Positions 1 through 13,067 of a DNA stretch of 64,000 bases are shown in pieces; position 1 is the first letter of the stretch, and every line of letters begins with the position of its first letter. Made by a program: the position numbers and the translations under genes. The notes under the pieces were generated by a model. The model did not search any database. It saw nothing but the letters and a program-made list of their open reading frames with translations, and was not told the DNA's origin. The DNA is from Eledone cirrhosa (Eukaryota): contig OZ024755.1 of assembly GCA_964016885.1 (NCBI GenBank), positions 17,360,001-17,424,000 on the forward strand. Reading direction: 5' to 3'.

Positions 1-74
1 ATTTGCATCTATTTTTCGGTCTGTTTGGATGCTGAAGTTCCACAAGATTGAGATGTGATCTTTTATTATTATAG

Positions 75-252
75 GATATCTTATCAGTGCCAAGAATATT
101 CAACCCAGATATGTGATGAGTGTAATGAAAGGAAGAACTTAAACAAAGAACTTGATAAAACCCTTGACTGGCTCCAAGATTATCATATAACAGTCCGAAG
201 ACTTGGTAATGTCACTGAAGAAGTTTCTGTTCCTCCCGCTGAGAAAACAAAG
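75..252 (+). CDS. Spectrin-repeat gene (nesprin/MSP-300/spectraplakin-like), first exon in window
   Basis: Acceptor ttattatAG|G at 73-74 (phase 2) and donor AAG|GTAATA at 253. Encodes ISYQCQEYSTQICDECNERKNLNKELDKTLDWLQDYH...EKTK with the helix-A Trp typical of spectrin repeats. Confidence 0.75.
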
Positions 253-347
253 GTAATAGCAATCATGTCTTTAATAAACATCGTTTCTTCTTCTTCTCCC
301 TATGTTTGTTTATATATTTCTGGTGCATTTACTTATATTTATACATG

Positions 348-670
348 TGAAGTCATGTGGCTTAATGTTTAGAGAATTGGATTCACAATTGTGAGGTTTT
401 GCGTTTGATTCTTGGACCAGGCAATGCATTGTGTTCTTGAGCAAAATACAGTTTACTCAGCTGTAGAAATGAGTTGCAACATCACTAGTGCTGAGCTGTA
501 TTGACCATTACCTTTCCCTTGAATAACATCAGTGGCGTAGAGAGGGGAGACTTGTATGCTTGGTCAACTGCTGGTCTTCCACAAAAGCAACCTTGCCCAG
601 ACTTGTGCCTCAGAGGGGTATTTTCTTGATGCAAATCCCATGGTTATTTATGACCAAAAGAGGTCTTTAC
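348..670 (+). mobile_element. Old tRNA-headed SINE (head related to SINE family B, different tail)
   Basis: Degenerate A/B-box head (tggcttaatgtttagag...gtttgattc) and the tgtgttcttgagcaa...agtttactcagctgtagaaatgag core shared with 8632-8981. Confidence 0.55.
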
Positions 671-916
671 CCTATTACTTATATTTATACATGTGTCAGC
701 ATCTATGCTTTTCAAAAACTCAGCTAAAGCTATTCTTTAAATTTATTTATTGCTGTTAGTTTAATTTCCACTCGAAGAATATTATGGTTAAGAAACGCAA
801 CCTCATGCAAAAATCACTGTCAACCTCTTCCTACATTCTACGATTTACTTATCTGTATTGTGTGTGCTTTGAGTATTGTTGGTTATAAATAAAACATATA
901 TTCTATACTTTACTTA

Positions 917-1114
917 CAAGGGTGTGCTGAAAAGTTCATAGACTGACTATGAAGGAGTGATGTTAGAGCTGTAAAATCTTGCATGCATTAATTTCAACTC
1001 TTCTTATTAATAACTGCATTGTTTCTTTCCAGGGACTATGTTGAAAAATAAACCTCATTTGGTCATTCCATGAGAGTATCTTGGTCAGCCTATGAATTTT
1101 TCAACTGGCTCTTG
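917..1114. mobile_element. Mariner-like MITE
   Basis: TA-flanked, with imperfect TIRs caagggtgtgctgaaaagttcatagactgac / gtcagcctatgaattttt...cttg. Second copy at 22267-22592. Confidence 0.8.
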
Positions 1115-1377
1115 TATATCTATAGAGTGTGCTTTGTGTATTGTTGGTTTATACATAAAACATACATTCTATATTTTACTACGTCTTGGGTGTGTTTTGT
1201 GTATTCTTGGTTAATACATAAAACATAGATAAATATAAATTGAAAGACAATATAAAGTTGGAAGCTTCAGGTTTGGGATATTGTTAAAAATGTGAGAGGG
1301 TGATAGATATAGCTGAGTTTTGTAATGCAAACCACGAGAAACCTAATCAGTACCTTGCATTATTCATTATTATTGGC

Positions 1378-2060
1378 TCAATAAAGTACCAGTAATGCAC
1401 TGGGATAATTTCTGGCCTTGTGCCAAAAGTAGAAACAATTATTATTATTACTATTATTATTATTCTGAGTTCAAATCCTGCTGTGATTAGCTTAGTCTTT
1501 CATCCTTACAGGGTTGATAAAATAAAACACCAGTAATGCACTGGGGTCGATTTAATCAACTTTCCCCTTTCCTTTCAAATTGATGACCTTGTCCCAAATG
1601 TAGAAATAATAATTATTATTATTATTCTTTGAGTCTCAGTCATTGATGTTATTTAACTGGAAAGTTTGTTGAAATGAACATCAAGCTGTTACCTGCTGCC
1701 TCAGATATTCAGGACATCGGAGGGTTCTTGCTGTTCCCAGCAAGCATGCCTTTTGAAGTGTTCCAAAAAAAGGAGCTGGACTAATGTTCTTTAACCATCC
1801 TTGAATATTATTATTATTATTATTAACTTTGCCTTTCATCGATAAAATAAAGTACCAGTAATGCACTGGGAAAATTGCTTTCTGCCAAAAGTAGAAACAA
1901 TTATTATTATTTGCAGCAAAGAGTTACGGTCCTTTATGATCTGAGTTCAAATCCCACCGAGGTTAACTTTGCCTTTCATCCTTACGGCGTCGATAAAATA
2001 AAGTACCAGTAATGCACTGGTAATTGCTGGCCTTGTGCCAAAAGTAGAAACAATTATTAT

Positions 2061-2065
<5 letters not shown>
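1378..2065 (+). mobile_element. Cluster of four partial SINE family A copies
   Basis: Repeated gcctttcatccttac...gataaaataaagtaccagtaatgcactgg...gccttgtgccaaaagtagaaacaattatt with (ATT)n tails. Confidence 0.8.
1626..1805 (-). mobile_element. 3' fragment of a Dong/R4-like non-LTR retrotransposon
   Basis: Minus strand encodes LQKACLLGTARTLR, the C-terminal motif of R4-clade ORFs. Flanked on both sides by (TAA)n. Confidence 0.6.
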
Positions 2066-2092
<27 letters not shown>

Positions 2093-2095
2093 CAG

Positions 2096-2404
2096 GAATT
2101 GACTCAAGAAATCGATTCTCATATAAAAGAGTTAATGCCTTTAGTAAAAGTACAGGAAAACAAGTATCAAACATGCAGTGCTGAAATGCCAACAGTATTA
2201 AAACTGAAAGTCAATCAAGTAGTGACAACACAACGAGAACTCCTCAAATGTTTAAAAGACAAAGAGGACCAACTGAAAATGTTGCAATCTTTGCGTAAGA
2301 ATTACGTAAATCTGATGGAAGATATTTGTCAGTGGTTCACATCTGCAGAGTTAAAACTGAAGGAGAAAATTTCAAATGTCAAAGAAGATAATCCAAAACA
2401 CAAG
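2096..2404 (+). CDS. Spectrin-repeat gene exon (103 aa)
   Basis: Poly-T tract plus CAG acceptor and AAG|GTAAAG donor, 309 nt, phase 0-0. Encodes ELTQEIDSHIKELMPLVK...LMEDICQWFTSAELKL...PKHK, one repeat in length. Confidence 0.88.
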
Positions 2405-2479
2405 GTAAAGTTTAGTCAAACATCATCATCATCATCATCATCATTATTATCACCATCATCACTATCATTATCTTTATCA

Positions 2480-2668
2480 TCGGCAGTATCAGTGGTAGAG
2501 GGTCGGACGCCATGCTTTGACGCATAGAGTTACAGCCTTTGCCATTCTGAGTTCAAATCCCGCGCCGAGGATAACTTTGCCTTTCATCCTTACGGGGGTC
2601 GATAAAATAAAGTACCGGTAATCCACTGGGTAATTGCTGGCCTTGTGCCAAAAGTAGAAACAATTATC
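2480..2668 (+). mobile_element. SINE family A (tRNA head, Deu/Nin-like core, AT-rich tail)
   Basis: A box ggcagtatc..gtagag, B box gagttcaaatccc, core gcctttcatccttacggggtcgataaaataaagtaccag. More than 25 full or partial copies in the window, e.g. + 3825, 13290, 16390, 24488, 25212, 40515, 58668, 62665 and - 9017, 9130, 13046, 21050, 37420, 37658, 44618, 47070, 51243. Confidence 0.85.
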
Positions 2669-3460
2669 ATCACCATCATCATCATCTTCATTACCATCAT
2701 CATCTTCATTATCACCATCACCATCATCGTCATCATCTTCATAGATCTGCTTCTCGTGCTGATATGAGCTGGATGATCCTCATATCTTAGTTCAGTTTTT
2801 AGACAGAGTTTCTGCTTTCCTAGATGAGCTAAACAACTACATCTTATTCATAAATTGTATGTTCCATTTTTGGCATGATTTCTATAACTGGGAGCCCTTC
2901 TTTACAGAGTAAACTTGGCGTATGTCATAGTGCTAGATAAACTTTTATGCCAGCAATAAGACTAAAGCACCTTCTCTACTCCACATTGTCTCCATTGATC
3001 ATCAACCACTTTACAGAGTGTACTTGGTGTATGTTAATCTGGTACCAGCACTAGAGAAACTGTTATGTTATCAACAAGACTAAAAAAAACCCTCTCTACC
3101 CCACATTGTCTTCAGTTGATCACCAACCACTTTACAGAATCTACTAGGATCCTTCCAATTGTTGTTCCTGTTGTTACTGTTGTTGAGCTCCAGATCAGCT
3201 CTGAGCAAGCATATCTATAATCAATGTCTTTCCAGCCATGACCAACCCCACTATTGTTATCAAGAATAATGTATCTAGGACTATATTATTTAATGTATAT
3301 CTCCATACTCTTTTTTTAAACTAAACAGTGTGTGAACTGAGAGAAATATGGTTGCTATTTCTAGCAAGTTGAGGATCAGCAGAGGTTTATCCATTGCCTC
3401 ATGCTGCATTATGGTTATAATAGTGGTAAATAATATAATAAATGTCTATGAAACATCATT

Positions 3461-3580
3461 CTAACTCAAGAAATAGGTTCTTATATGAAAGATTTTATAT
3501 TTTTGGTAAAATTCCAGAAGAACAAGTGCCAAGACTTGCAGTGCTGAAAAGCTGAGTGTATTAAAACTTAAAGTCAATCT
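3461..3580 (+). pseudogene. Decayed partial duplicate of exon 2096-2404
   Basis: Aligns to 2099-2217. Reads LTQEIGSYMKDFIFLVKFQKNKCQ, then a +1 frameshift, then TCSAEKLSVLKLKVN, versus LTQEIDSHIKELMPLVKVQENKYQTCSAEMPTVLKLKVN. Confidence 0.8.
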
Positions 3581-6156
3581 TAACTTAACTGAATTGTTTA
3601 ACTCTTTTGTACCCAAGTCACTCAAAACCATCTATGGTTTTATGATATAAGAAAGCTATTAGTTTGAAAGGGATTTTATTCATCTAAAAACCTTCCATCA
3701 TAATTTCATGTTAGAACTTCTGTTAAGTTGTGCTCCAAACACCAGCATAATAATGATCTAAAATGCATTTTGCTTTCAAAAGCAAAATATATTTGTGTTT
3801 CATTCATTATTTTGTGATGTTAATGGCAGTGAATTGGCAGTATCAGTAGAAGGTCAGACGCCATGCTTTGCAGCATAGATTTACGCCCCTTTCCTGTCTG
3901 AGTTCAAATCCCGCAAAGGTTGACTTTGCCTTTCATCCTTACGGGGTCGATAAAATAAAGCACCAGTAATGCGCTGGGATAATTGCTGGCCTTGTGCCAA
4001 CAGTAGAAACTATTGTCTTGTGATGTTAAACACAACACCATGGATATACAAATCAATTTTACTGCAAGGTCCTGTTACCCCTGAGGGAGTCGTTGGTGTG
4101 CCATATTGACATATGGTATTTTTAAAGGCATTTAAAAACCTGGTGGAGACCATCTTTTCTCCAGGTTTGAATACAGCAGATTTCTTCCAGAGAAAGATAA
4201 AGAGTGAAAGAAAAGAAGTGAGAAAAAGATATAGAGGAAGAATTGACACGAGTACTAAACTGGTACGTTTTACTGACCTCAAAAGGATGAAAGGCAAAGT
4301 TGACCTTGTTCAGGATTTAAACTCAGAGAGTAGAAAGCCAAAACGAATGCCATAAAACATTTTATCCCCTCTTCTAATAACTCTATCAATTCACTGCTAA
4401 CATTCATTGATAAATCACGAAAATTCATAAGTGTCTATATTAGGTATAATCATTTGCCTCATGATGTATTACCCATCTCCTTCATATTACTATAGTTTAT
4501 CAGTGTTTATCTCGTGTTTCCCAATATCAGCTAATTTTAAGAAGCTAGAAAATTAGCTTTGAGCAAATATTAATCACTTTAGTCAAATATGAGAATTGAT
4601 TGTTTTCAAGGACTGTCAGGAATTGATGTTAACTCTTTGCTGAACATTTACAAAGCAATGTTGAAACTATACTTACTAATCTAGCTTTATACACACACAC
4701 AAAGATATACAGACTCACACATAGAGACACGCAGACCTACAGACACACACACATACACACACACACAGATCTACAGACATACATATACACACAGAGACCT
4801 ACACACACACACACATACACACAAACCGAAACTATATCTACTAATCTAGCTTTGGTTTAGATAACTAAAATACTATTGTTTGTTAATTAAAATAGAATAT
4901 GTTACAGCTGTATCCATCCAGAATTCCCTTACCTCTTTCTGTTCAAACTGGCTGTAATTGGTCATACATACTTATGCTAAGGGTTTGTTCTCAAAATAAA
5001 TAATATCAAAATCTCATAGATTCGATATTATGTGAGATAAGTATGTGAGGTAAAGCCTTTACCATGAAAATATAATAGTCAATATAGAGTAATGTAAATG
5101 CTAAAGGGTAAGTCAATCTTCATCTAGCAAACTCATGATCAAAAATATTCCAGCCATGACCATCTCATTCATTATTAATCTTATATATAATTATTGAAGG
5201 ACCGGGGGCTGTGTCAGGGACAATTTTTCTGAACACGTTATTAAAATAAGTTGGATTACTTTGAATAAATGATGAATGAATATTTTGTAATTTGTCTACT
5301 AAACTTTGTAGCTCTTGATTAAATATAAATATTCTTATATATAATGATTGCTTATTTCAAGATCTTTTTAAATTTTCAAATGTCAGCACTTCTGGTCATC
5401 ATAACTTTTTACTGTACTCTATATCACATCATTTATATAAACGTTTATATATTTCCATCATTATATAACGTTTATATTTCCATTGCTAATTTCCTCCTTT
5501 TTCGTTTTCATAACATTTCACCATAATGCGTGTTATAGATAATATCTTTTTTAAATGTATCATAGATTACTTTACTGAAGTGTGGTTTTTCTGCTAGTAT
5601 GTCTAATGTATCTAGGATTACAATGGCAAGGCATTTTAGTCCAACGTTTTAATGGTTCTGTCATTTATTTTCCAGTATTACACTGATAAGAATATCAAAA
5701 GCTATAAATTAAAGACCACAATAACAACATTAAATATAAAATGAAATAAAATTAGCCACAACAAACTTATCAGAGTGGTCACAATTGAGGAATTAGCCAT
5801 GAACAAACGGCTATATATTATCAGTGTTAAGCACCTGTCATTTCAACCATTGTAAAATTCATTTGACCCACACTGTATAGTACCTGGTATTATAACCATT
5901 GCCAAATTTATTTGACTCACACTGTTTAGCACCTGACATTTTAAACATTGTCAAATTCACTTCACTTACACCCAAAACATGTCCAAGCAAATTTGCAGTA
6001 ATTTCCGATTACAGCAGATGTGTTTTCTAAAGGATATGAAATTTCGCATGATTCCATGGTTAGTAACAATGTGTTCAGGAAATGCCATTAGAGATATTAG
6101 CTGTTGTTGTTGCTGTTGTTGTTGTCATTATGGCTAGCATTGGTCTGTATCTAAGA

Positions 6157-6455
6157 CAGTAGTCTCCAACATTTTTTATACCACAGACCGGTTTCGTGCT
6201 GGACAATCTTTCCGCGGCCCAGTAGTTGCACACGTGTTATTTAAGTGCATTTCGATAAAGAAAGCAATAATAAAAAAGCAATTTATTAAAGGGAAGAAAA
6301 AGTGTAAAATCTTTTGACTTTCATGTAAATCTTTTAAAATTAAAGTCCAATATTCAATTTATCTATTTTATAATTTTAAACAAGTTAAATATTTTTTTGC
6401 GGCAAATGATCCATCAACTGGTACCGGTCTGTGGCCCAGTTGTTGAGGACCTCTG
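6157..6455. mobile_element. hAT (Charlie-like) MITE
   Basis: Perfect 8-bp TSD ATCTAAGA (6149-6156 and 6456-6463). TIRs cagtagtctccaac / gttgaggacctctg. Confidence 0.88.
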
Positions 6456-7032
6456 ATCTAAGACAACAGTTGTCATATTTGTCTGTTTGTCTGTCTGTGT
6501 CTAACTGTGTTTGAAACCCATATCTCTCTTTTTCACTAACGGGTGGTATGCCATAACACAAAACACCCAACCACCAGTGCAAACACTGCAACACTAAAGG
6601 TAAATGTGGTGAGACACTGAGGTTACAGTGTAGGTGATCAAACAGATGGAACATTTTCAGGCAGAATTCTATGGTCCAGTGACCTTCATATGTTAACCCT
6701 TGCCTATTTTTTTTTTTTTATTGTAATTAAGGCAGTTTTAAGATATTTGCATATTAACTGCTGAGCTGTGACTTCTATTTATGAAGGGAATAAACAGCTG
6801 CTACAGCCTATATTAGTAATGTCAAATAAAAAGGCATAGAGCCAAACACACTTGCATGCACACACACACACACACATGTACATGTGTATATACGTACATA
6901 TAATCATTATTTTACATCTGTTTATATATATATATACATATATATATATGTGTGTGTGTGTGAGTGTATATATATACATAGGAATGTGTGTGTATATCTA
7001 TATATGTATGTGCATATATACGTGTGTATTCT

Positions 7033-7062
<30 letters not shown>

Positions 7063-7063
<1 letters not shown>

Positions 7064-7383
7064 GATGGCTGCCCCCTCGTTATCGAGTATGGCCATTACA
7101 TGATATACCATTATTAATAATTATTAATTAATTCTATCTATCGTGCAATGCCTGTGCGTGAAGATATTTTTTAAAGTGAGGAAAGACTGTGCACTGAGCC
7201 AATCCCACTCTCTGAGCGACATTAGCTATAACCCGAAAAGAAGAAAAGATCAACATCATCGATAACTACTGAGCTGCAGGTTTTATATCGGAGTTATCCC
7301 AGTTTCCTGAGTTGCCTTCTCCTAGAAGAATGCCCTGACAAAGGCTAGGGGTCCTTCACTCCCAGTGGTTTAACCGCGTGGTA
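7063..7383 (-). mobile_element. Interspersed repeat family C (probable non-autonomous RTE-derived element)
   Basis: Three copies: 7063-7383, 20395-20668 (opposite orientation) and 28495-28845. Ends ...ataacgagggggcagccatcat next to (TA)n/(CA)n. The ctaggagaaggcaactc motif resembles RTE 5' UTRs. Confidence 0.65.
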
Positions 7384-7549
7384 CATGTGTATATACATAT
7401 TTACACACTTTTGGATGGCCGTTGACTCTTATGAGTTCTTCTGCCCTTTGTCAAGTTTTGTTTTTTGTCCTGCAGGGTGTCCAAAATCACCCTCCTCACC
7501 AAGTAAACTTGGTGGGGTTGCCGGTTTAGTTGCTGACGACCCTACCATG

Positions 7550-8270
<721 letters not shown>

Positions 8271-8631
8271 CATCATGATCATTATACATCTATTTTACAC
8301 AAACAAATATATATATATCTATAAAAGTAATAAAGTGAAAATGAATCAAGTCATGCATGCTTAAGTAGTGTATATGTATTATCATTACCTGGAGCCTAAT
8401 TAGATATTTATATGATAGACACGCATGTAAAACCTGATAGGTGTATGTTTGCTGATGAAGCAACCTATTTGTTATATTTTAAATATGTATGACTTGCTTT
8501 GTTTACAGTTCATTATGTTCACAATTATATATTTTATGGAGCTATGTTTTACATATTTTTACTAGTAGTGCTCATATGCATAAAGAATGCATATATTCTC
8601 CATGTATTTAACAAATATTTATTGTATATAT

Positions 8632-8978
8632 GGAGGCACATGGCTTAGTGGTTAGAGCATTGGCCTTGCAATCGAAAGGTTGTGAGTTCAATTCTCAGAC
8701 CAGGTGATGTGTTGTTTCCTTGAGCAAGACACTTTATTTCACATTGCTCCAGTTTACTCAGCTGTGGAAATGAGAAGATAGGGACTGGAGTCCCTATCAT
8801 TCCACTGAAAAGTGGACGTGGAGGTGCCACGGCAAAAAAAGCACCCAGCACTCACTGTAAATGAGGTTGGTGTTAGGAAGGGCATCCAGCTGTAGAAATC
8901 AAGGCAGAATCAGTTCCCGTCCCACCCTTGCAAGCAGGGAAAAGCGGACGTAAAATGATGATGATGATGATGATGATG

Positions 8979-8981
<3 letters not shown>
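8632..8981 (+). mobile_element. SINE family B (tRNA head, core, RTE-derived tail, (ATG)n)
   Basis: A box tggcttagtggttagagc, B box gagttcaattctc, core ccttgagcaagacactttatttc, tail shared with RTE 3' ends. Confidence 0.88.
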
Positions 8982-9020
<39 letters not shown>

Positions 9021-9365
9021 GTTTCTACTTTTGGCACAAGGCCAGCAATTACCCAGTGCATTACTGGTACTTTATTTTATCGACCCCGTAAGGATGAAAG
9101 GCAAAGTTAACCTCGACGGGTGCTAAATAATAATTGCTTCTACTTTAGGCAGAAGGCCAGCAATTACCCAGTACATTACTGGTACTTTATTTTATCGACC
9201 CCCGTAATGGTGGGATTTTTGAATATTAATAATAATATGCGATTCGTTTGCAATTATGTAAACAGGTTCTTTAAAGCCATGTCAGTAGAATGACCCCGTC
9301 ATTCTTGATCTGAATAGGACCCGTCCCACCCTTGCAAGCAGGGAAAAGCAGACGTAAAATGATGA

Positions 9366-9440
<75 letters not shown>

Positions 9441-10576
9441 ATCATCATCATCACCGTTTACCGTCCATTTTTCCACATTAGCATAGGATAGACGATGCAT
9501 ATATATATATATATATATACATAAAAGTATGGAACAACGGATGTATAATGATGATGATGATATATATGTGTGTTTGCGTATGCATGCGTGTGTGTGTGTG
9601 TGTGTGTGTGCATGCAGCATTTTTGTCTATCTTTTGTGCATCTTCTGCATTCAGTGGTCGTGTTTTCCTGACATGTGACATCATATTTTGTATATAAGCA
9701 TTATACAATTCAACTCTTTATTTGTAAAAAGAAACCCTTTAAGGATAAGAGACAATAGCTCCCTAATCTTTTTCCCTTCCATTAACTCCTACTACTCCTA
9801 CTACTACGCTTTCAGAACACCCTCCTTCTCCACTATTAATTAGTTCATCCAAGTAATAGAAGCTATTAACTACTTCTGGGTGCCTTTTAAGCATTTGAAG
9901 AAATACACTTTATATATGATCTGAGTGTTAACTATTGTTATGTATCTGCTACATCCAAAGTTCTTATTCTCTATGGGCTTGTCTTTGATCCCACTGCTTC
10001 TCGTGTGTATATATAGTCCAGACCTAGTTATGATCTTCTCTATATTATATTCTGCTGAAAGATATCTTTTGTATTAATAAATAGTTGAGAGACATCACTT
10101 TCTCTGCCAACCTATAGCAGCTTTTGCTCATGGAGGGAGTTAACTTAAGCTATGGAAGATTAAAAACATTCATTTATTATGCATTATATCTCACATGTCA
10201 GCAGAAGAGCCTCTATAAAATCTATGAAATCAGTTGGCTTGCTAGAAATAGCAGCCAAACTTACTTCAAACCATACCATTTGTTAACAAGATAGAAAAAA
10301 AAAAAACACATTCTTAAAAAATTTGAGATGGCCATGGCTGGAAAACTTTTAGTATTTACATTACTCTCTATATATAGTATTTCATGGTAAACACTTTATC
10401 TCACATAATAAGGAATCTATGAGATATTCATATTATTTATTTTGAGAATAATATCTTAATGTCAGTATGAGTGGCCAGTTATGGCCAATTTGAACAGAAA
10501 GAGGTGAGAGAATTCTGGCCGGATATGGCCAGTTTGAATGCTAAAGAATTAAATATTGTATTCAATTAGGTTTCAT

Positions 10577-10911
10577 GGAGGCACATGGCTTAGTGGTTAG
10601 AGCATTGGCCTTGCAATCAAAAGGTTGTGAGTTCAATTCTCAGACCGGGTGATGTGTTGTTTCCTTGAGCAAGACACTTTATTTCACATTTCTCCAGTTT
10701 ACTCAGCTGTAGAAATGAGATGATAGGGACTGGGGTCCCTATCATTCCACTGCAAAGTGGTCGTGGAGGTGCCACGGCAAAAAAGCACCCAGCACTCACT
10801 GTAAATGAGGTTGGTGTTAGGAAGGGCATCCAGCTGTAGAAATCAAGCCAGCATCAGTTCCCATCCCACCCTTGCAAAGTGGACGTAAAATGAAATGATG
10901 ATGAAATGATG
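10577..10911 (+). mobile_element. SINE family B
   Basis: Near-identical to 8632-8981. Confidence 0.88.
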
Positions 10912-11593
10912 GGTGTACACAACACCAAGAATTCAAGAGGCCCACTTACCATTGAGCAAACTGACAACCTAGCCAGTCCTCCACTGCATACACACACTGT
11001 GTGTGTGCAGTGGATGCATCATTAAAATACCAAATGGTTTCCATAAATTGCATCAATTATTTAGATATTTTCTCACTGGAAATATGGGAGGCTTTTTCCG
11101 AAAATATGACGCCTATTAATAGATCCCGGTTAGTGTGTAACACATCATCTAATTGATCACATATGTGAGGTTCTCACAAACACACACAAACACACACACA
11201 TATATTCACACGCAAAAACATACACGCCCACACATTAACACACACATAAACACTCACCTACACACACATTTCCACACATACACACAGATAAATATACATA
11301 CATTCACACAGACACACACATATATATATATATATATACATACATACAGACACACACACACATGCACATTAACACACATAAACACTCACCTACACACACA
11401 TGCACACACATATGCACACACACATGTCACTCTATTACTACAAATAATTCAAAAGATTGTTGCCTTTAGAATTATTCCTCTGCTTGACTCTATTTAAACA
11501 AGCTTTTGTTGGAACCGCTCCATCAGGGGGTGTGGGAAGGTAGAGTGGTAGCTTAGCAGTAGAATTGGTAGAGTCGAACACCATGCTTTACGG

Positions 11594-12211
11594 CAGGGGT
11601 GTGCAACATATTCCATTGGTGGGCCACTTTTGAACATTGTAACAACTATTAGGGCCATTAATATTTATTAAGGACTATTCCAAAGATTCACCCCAACTTC
11701 TTTCCATAACATGGAACTGGGAAATTATAACACACATAACCCTATCTGTGAAGTCCTTTAGTATAGGTCAGTCATGGACAACCTGCATCCTGCGAAGCTT
11801 TCTGAATGGCTCGCCTAAGTCACCTAAGTGAAATCTTTCTGATTTTTTTACCCCAACTTTTCAGTCGTAATTTATCTTTCTATCATTTTTACGATCGAGG
11901 AAAACAACGTGTACGAATTCTGAAGAAACAAATCAATACAACCTGAGTTACCGCCCCCTTTTTTTAATGTGAGCATGAATGTAAATTAGTGCTTGCAGAC
12001 CACCTGATGATGAGCCATATCTCATGAGGCCCGCTTCTTGGAAAGGGTTGCCCATGCCTGGTGTAGGTCAACAAACAGAAAATTGTATTACAGTTATGAA
12101 AAAAATTCTAAATAAACCTACAAGGTAAAAATTAAAAACAGTCATCGTGGGCCACTCTGACTGGTTTGGTGGGCCGGATTGTACCCGCGGGCTGCCTGTT
12201 GCATACCCCTG
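11594..12211. mobile_element. hAT MITE (outer element of a nest)
   Basis: TIRs caggggtgtgcaaca / tgttgcatacccctg with subterminal gggcc motifs. TSD is degenerate. Interrupts a SINE A head. Confidence 0.75.
11769..12060. mobile_element. hAT MITE (inner element of the nest)
   Basis: TIRs cagtcatggacaacct / gggttgcccatgcctg. 8-bp TSD gtataggt / gtgtaggt. Confidence 0.8.
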
Positions 12212-13036
12212 CTCTACATAGTCACACAAACTGCTAGAAACAGCAGCTAAATCTCCCTCAAATCACATGATAAAGAAGTCTTAGAGCCTGGAGTCTCATC
12301 AGACCAATGCTTTTCCTGGTTTCCATGGTGTAAAGCAACTGAGAGTACAAGAACCCCCCCACCCCCATACACCTTGACAGGATGCCTCCCACCTCCACCC
12401 CCACCTCACTACCCTGGTTCTCCCTTTTTTCATTACTTCTTTTTCAGAACTGCAGATCCTTTCATGTTTCCCCTCACCAATTGTCATTAATCTTAATTAA
12501 ACATTTAACACACTAATCAACCATATGCAGTCACATAGAGAACACACACACGTCCACATGCACACACATACGCACACATAGACACACACACAAACTTACA
12601 ATCGCAAACACACTGACACAAAGACACATACATACGCACACAGACACAAACTCTCAAACACACAAACACACACAGAAATACTCACACACACAAACACACA
12701 CACATTTATTTTTCAAAGAAAAAATTGACAGTGAATTCCAACTTTCAGTTAGCATTTCCAGACTTTGAAGTCCTGGTCACCATTTTTCTTTGAAAAATAA
12801 ATATCATTCTTTGTTCACTTGTATTGAGTACTCATTCGCTGATGATTGAATGTTCTATGTACATAAAACACATCCATCAGTGTGTGTGTATATACATAGG
12901 GGTGGAGTGTTAGAGCTATATATATATATATATATATATATTAGGACTTGGGGGAGGCGATGGGGGACAGGGAATTCTGGGGCATGAGAGTGAGATCCAT
13001 CATCTCGACAGTAGTCGACGAATGATGATGATGATG

Positions 13037-13067
<31 letters not shown>

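Noticed and set aside
4113-4355. 80-aa ORF as a host exon
   Set aside because: The sequence recurs at 63901-64000 and runs into a reverse SINE core, so it is repeat-derived.
8632-8705. tRNA genes at SINE heads
   Set aside because: A/B boxes are present but continue into SINE core and tail in multiple copies. No complete cloverleaf could be supported.
12001-12060. cctgatga...gaaa as a hammerhead
   Set aside because: It lies in the subterminal region and TIR of a hAT MITE, and there is no consistent stem pairing around the boxes.
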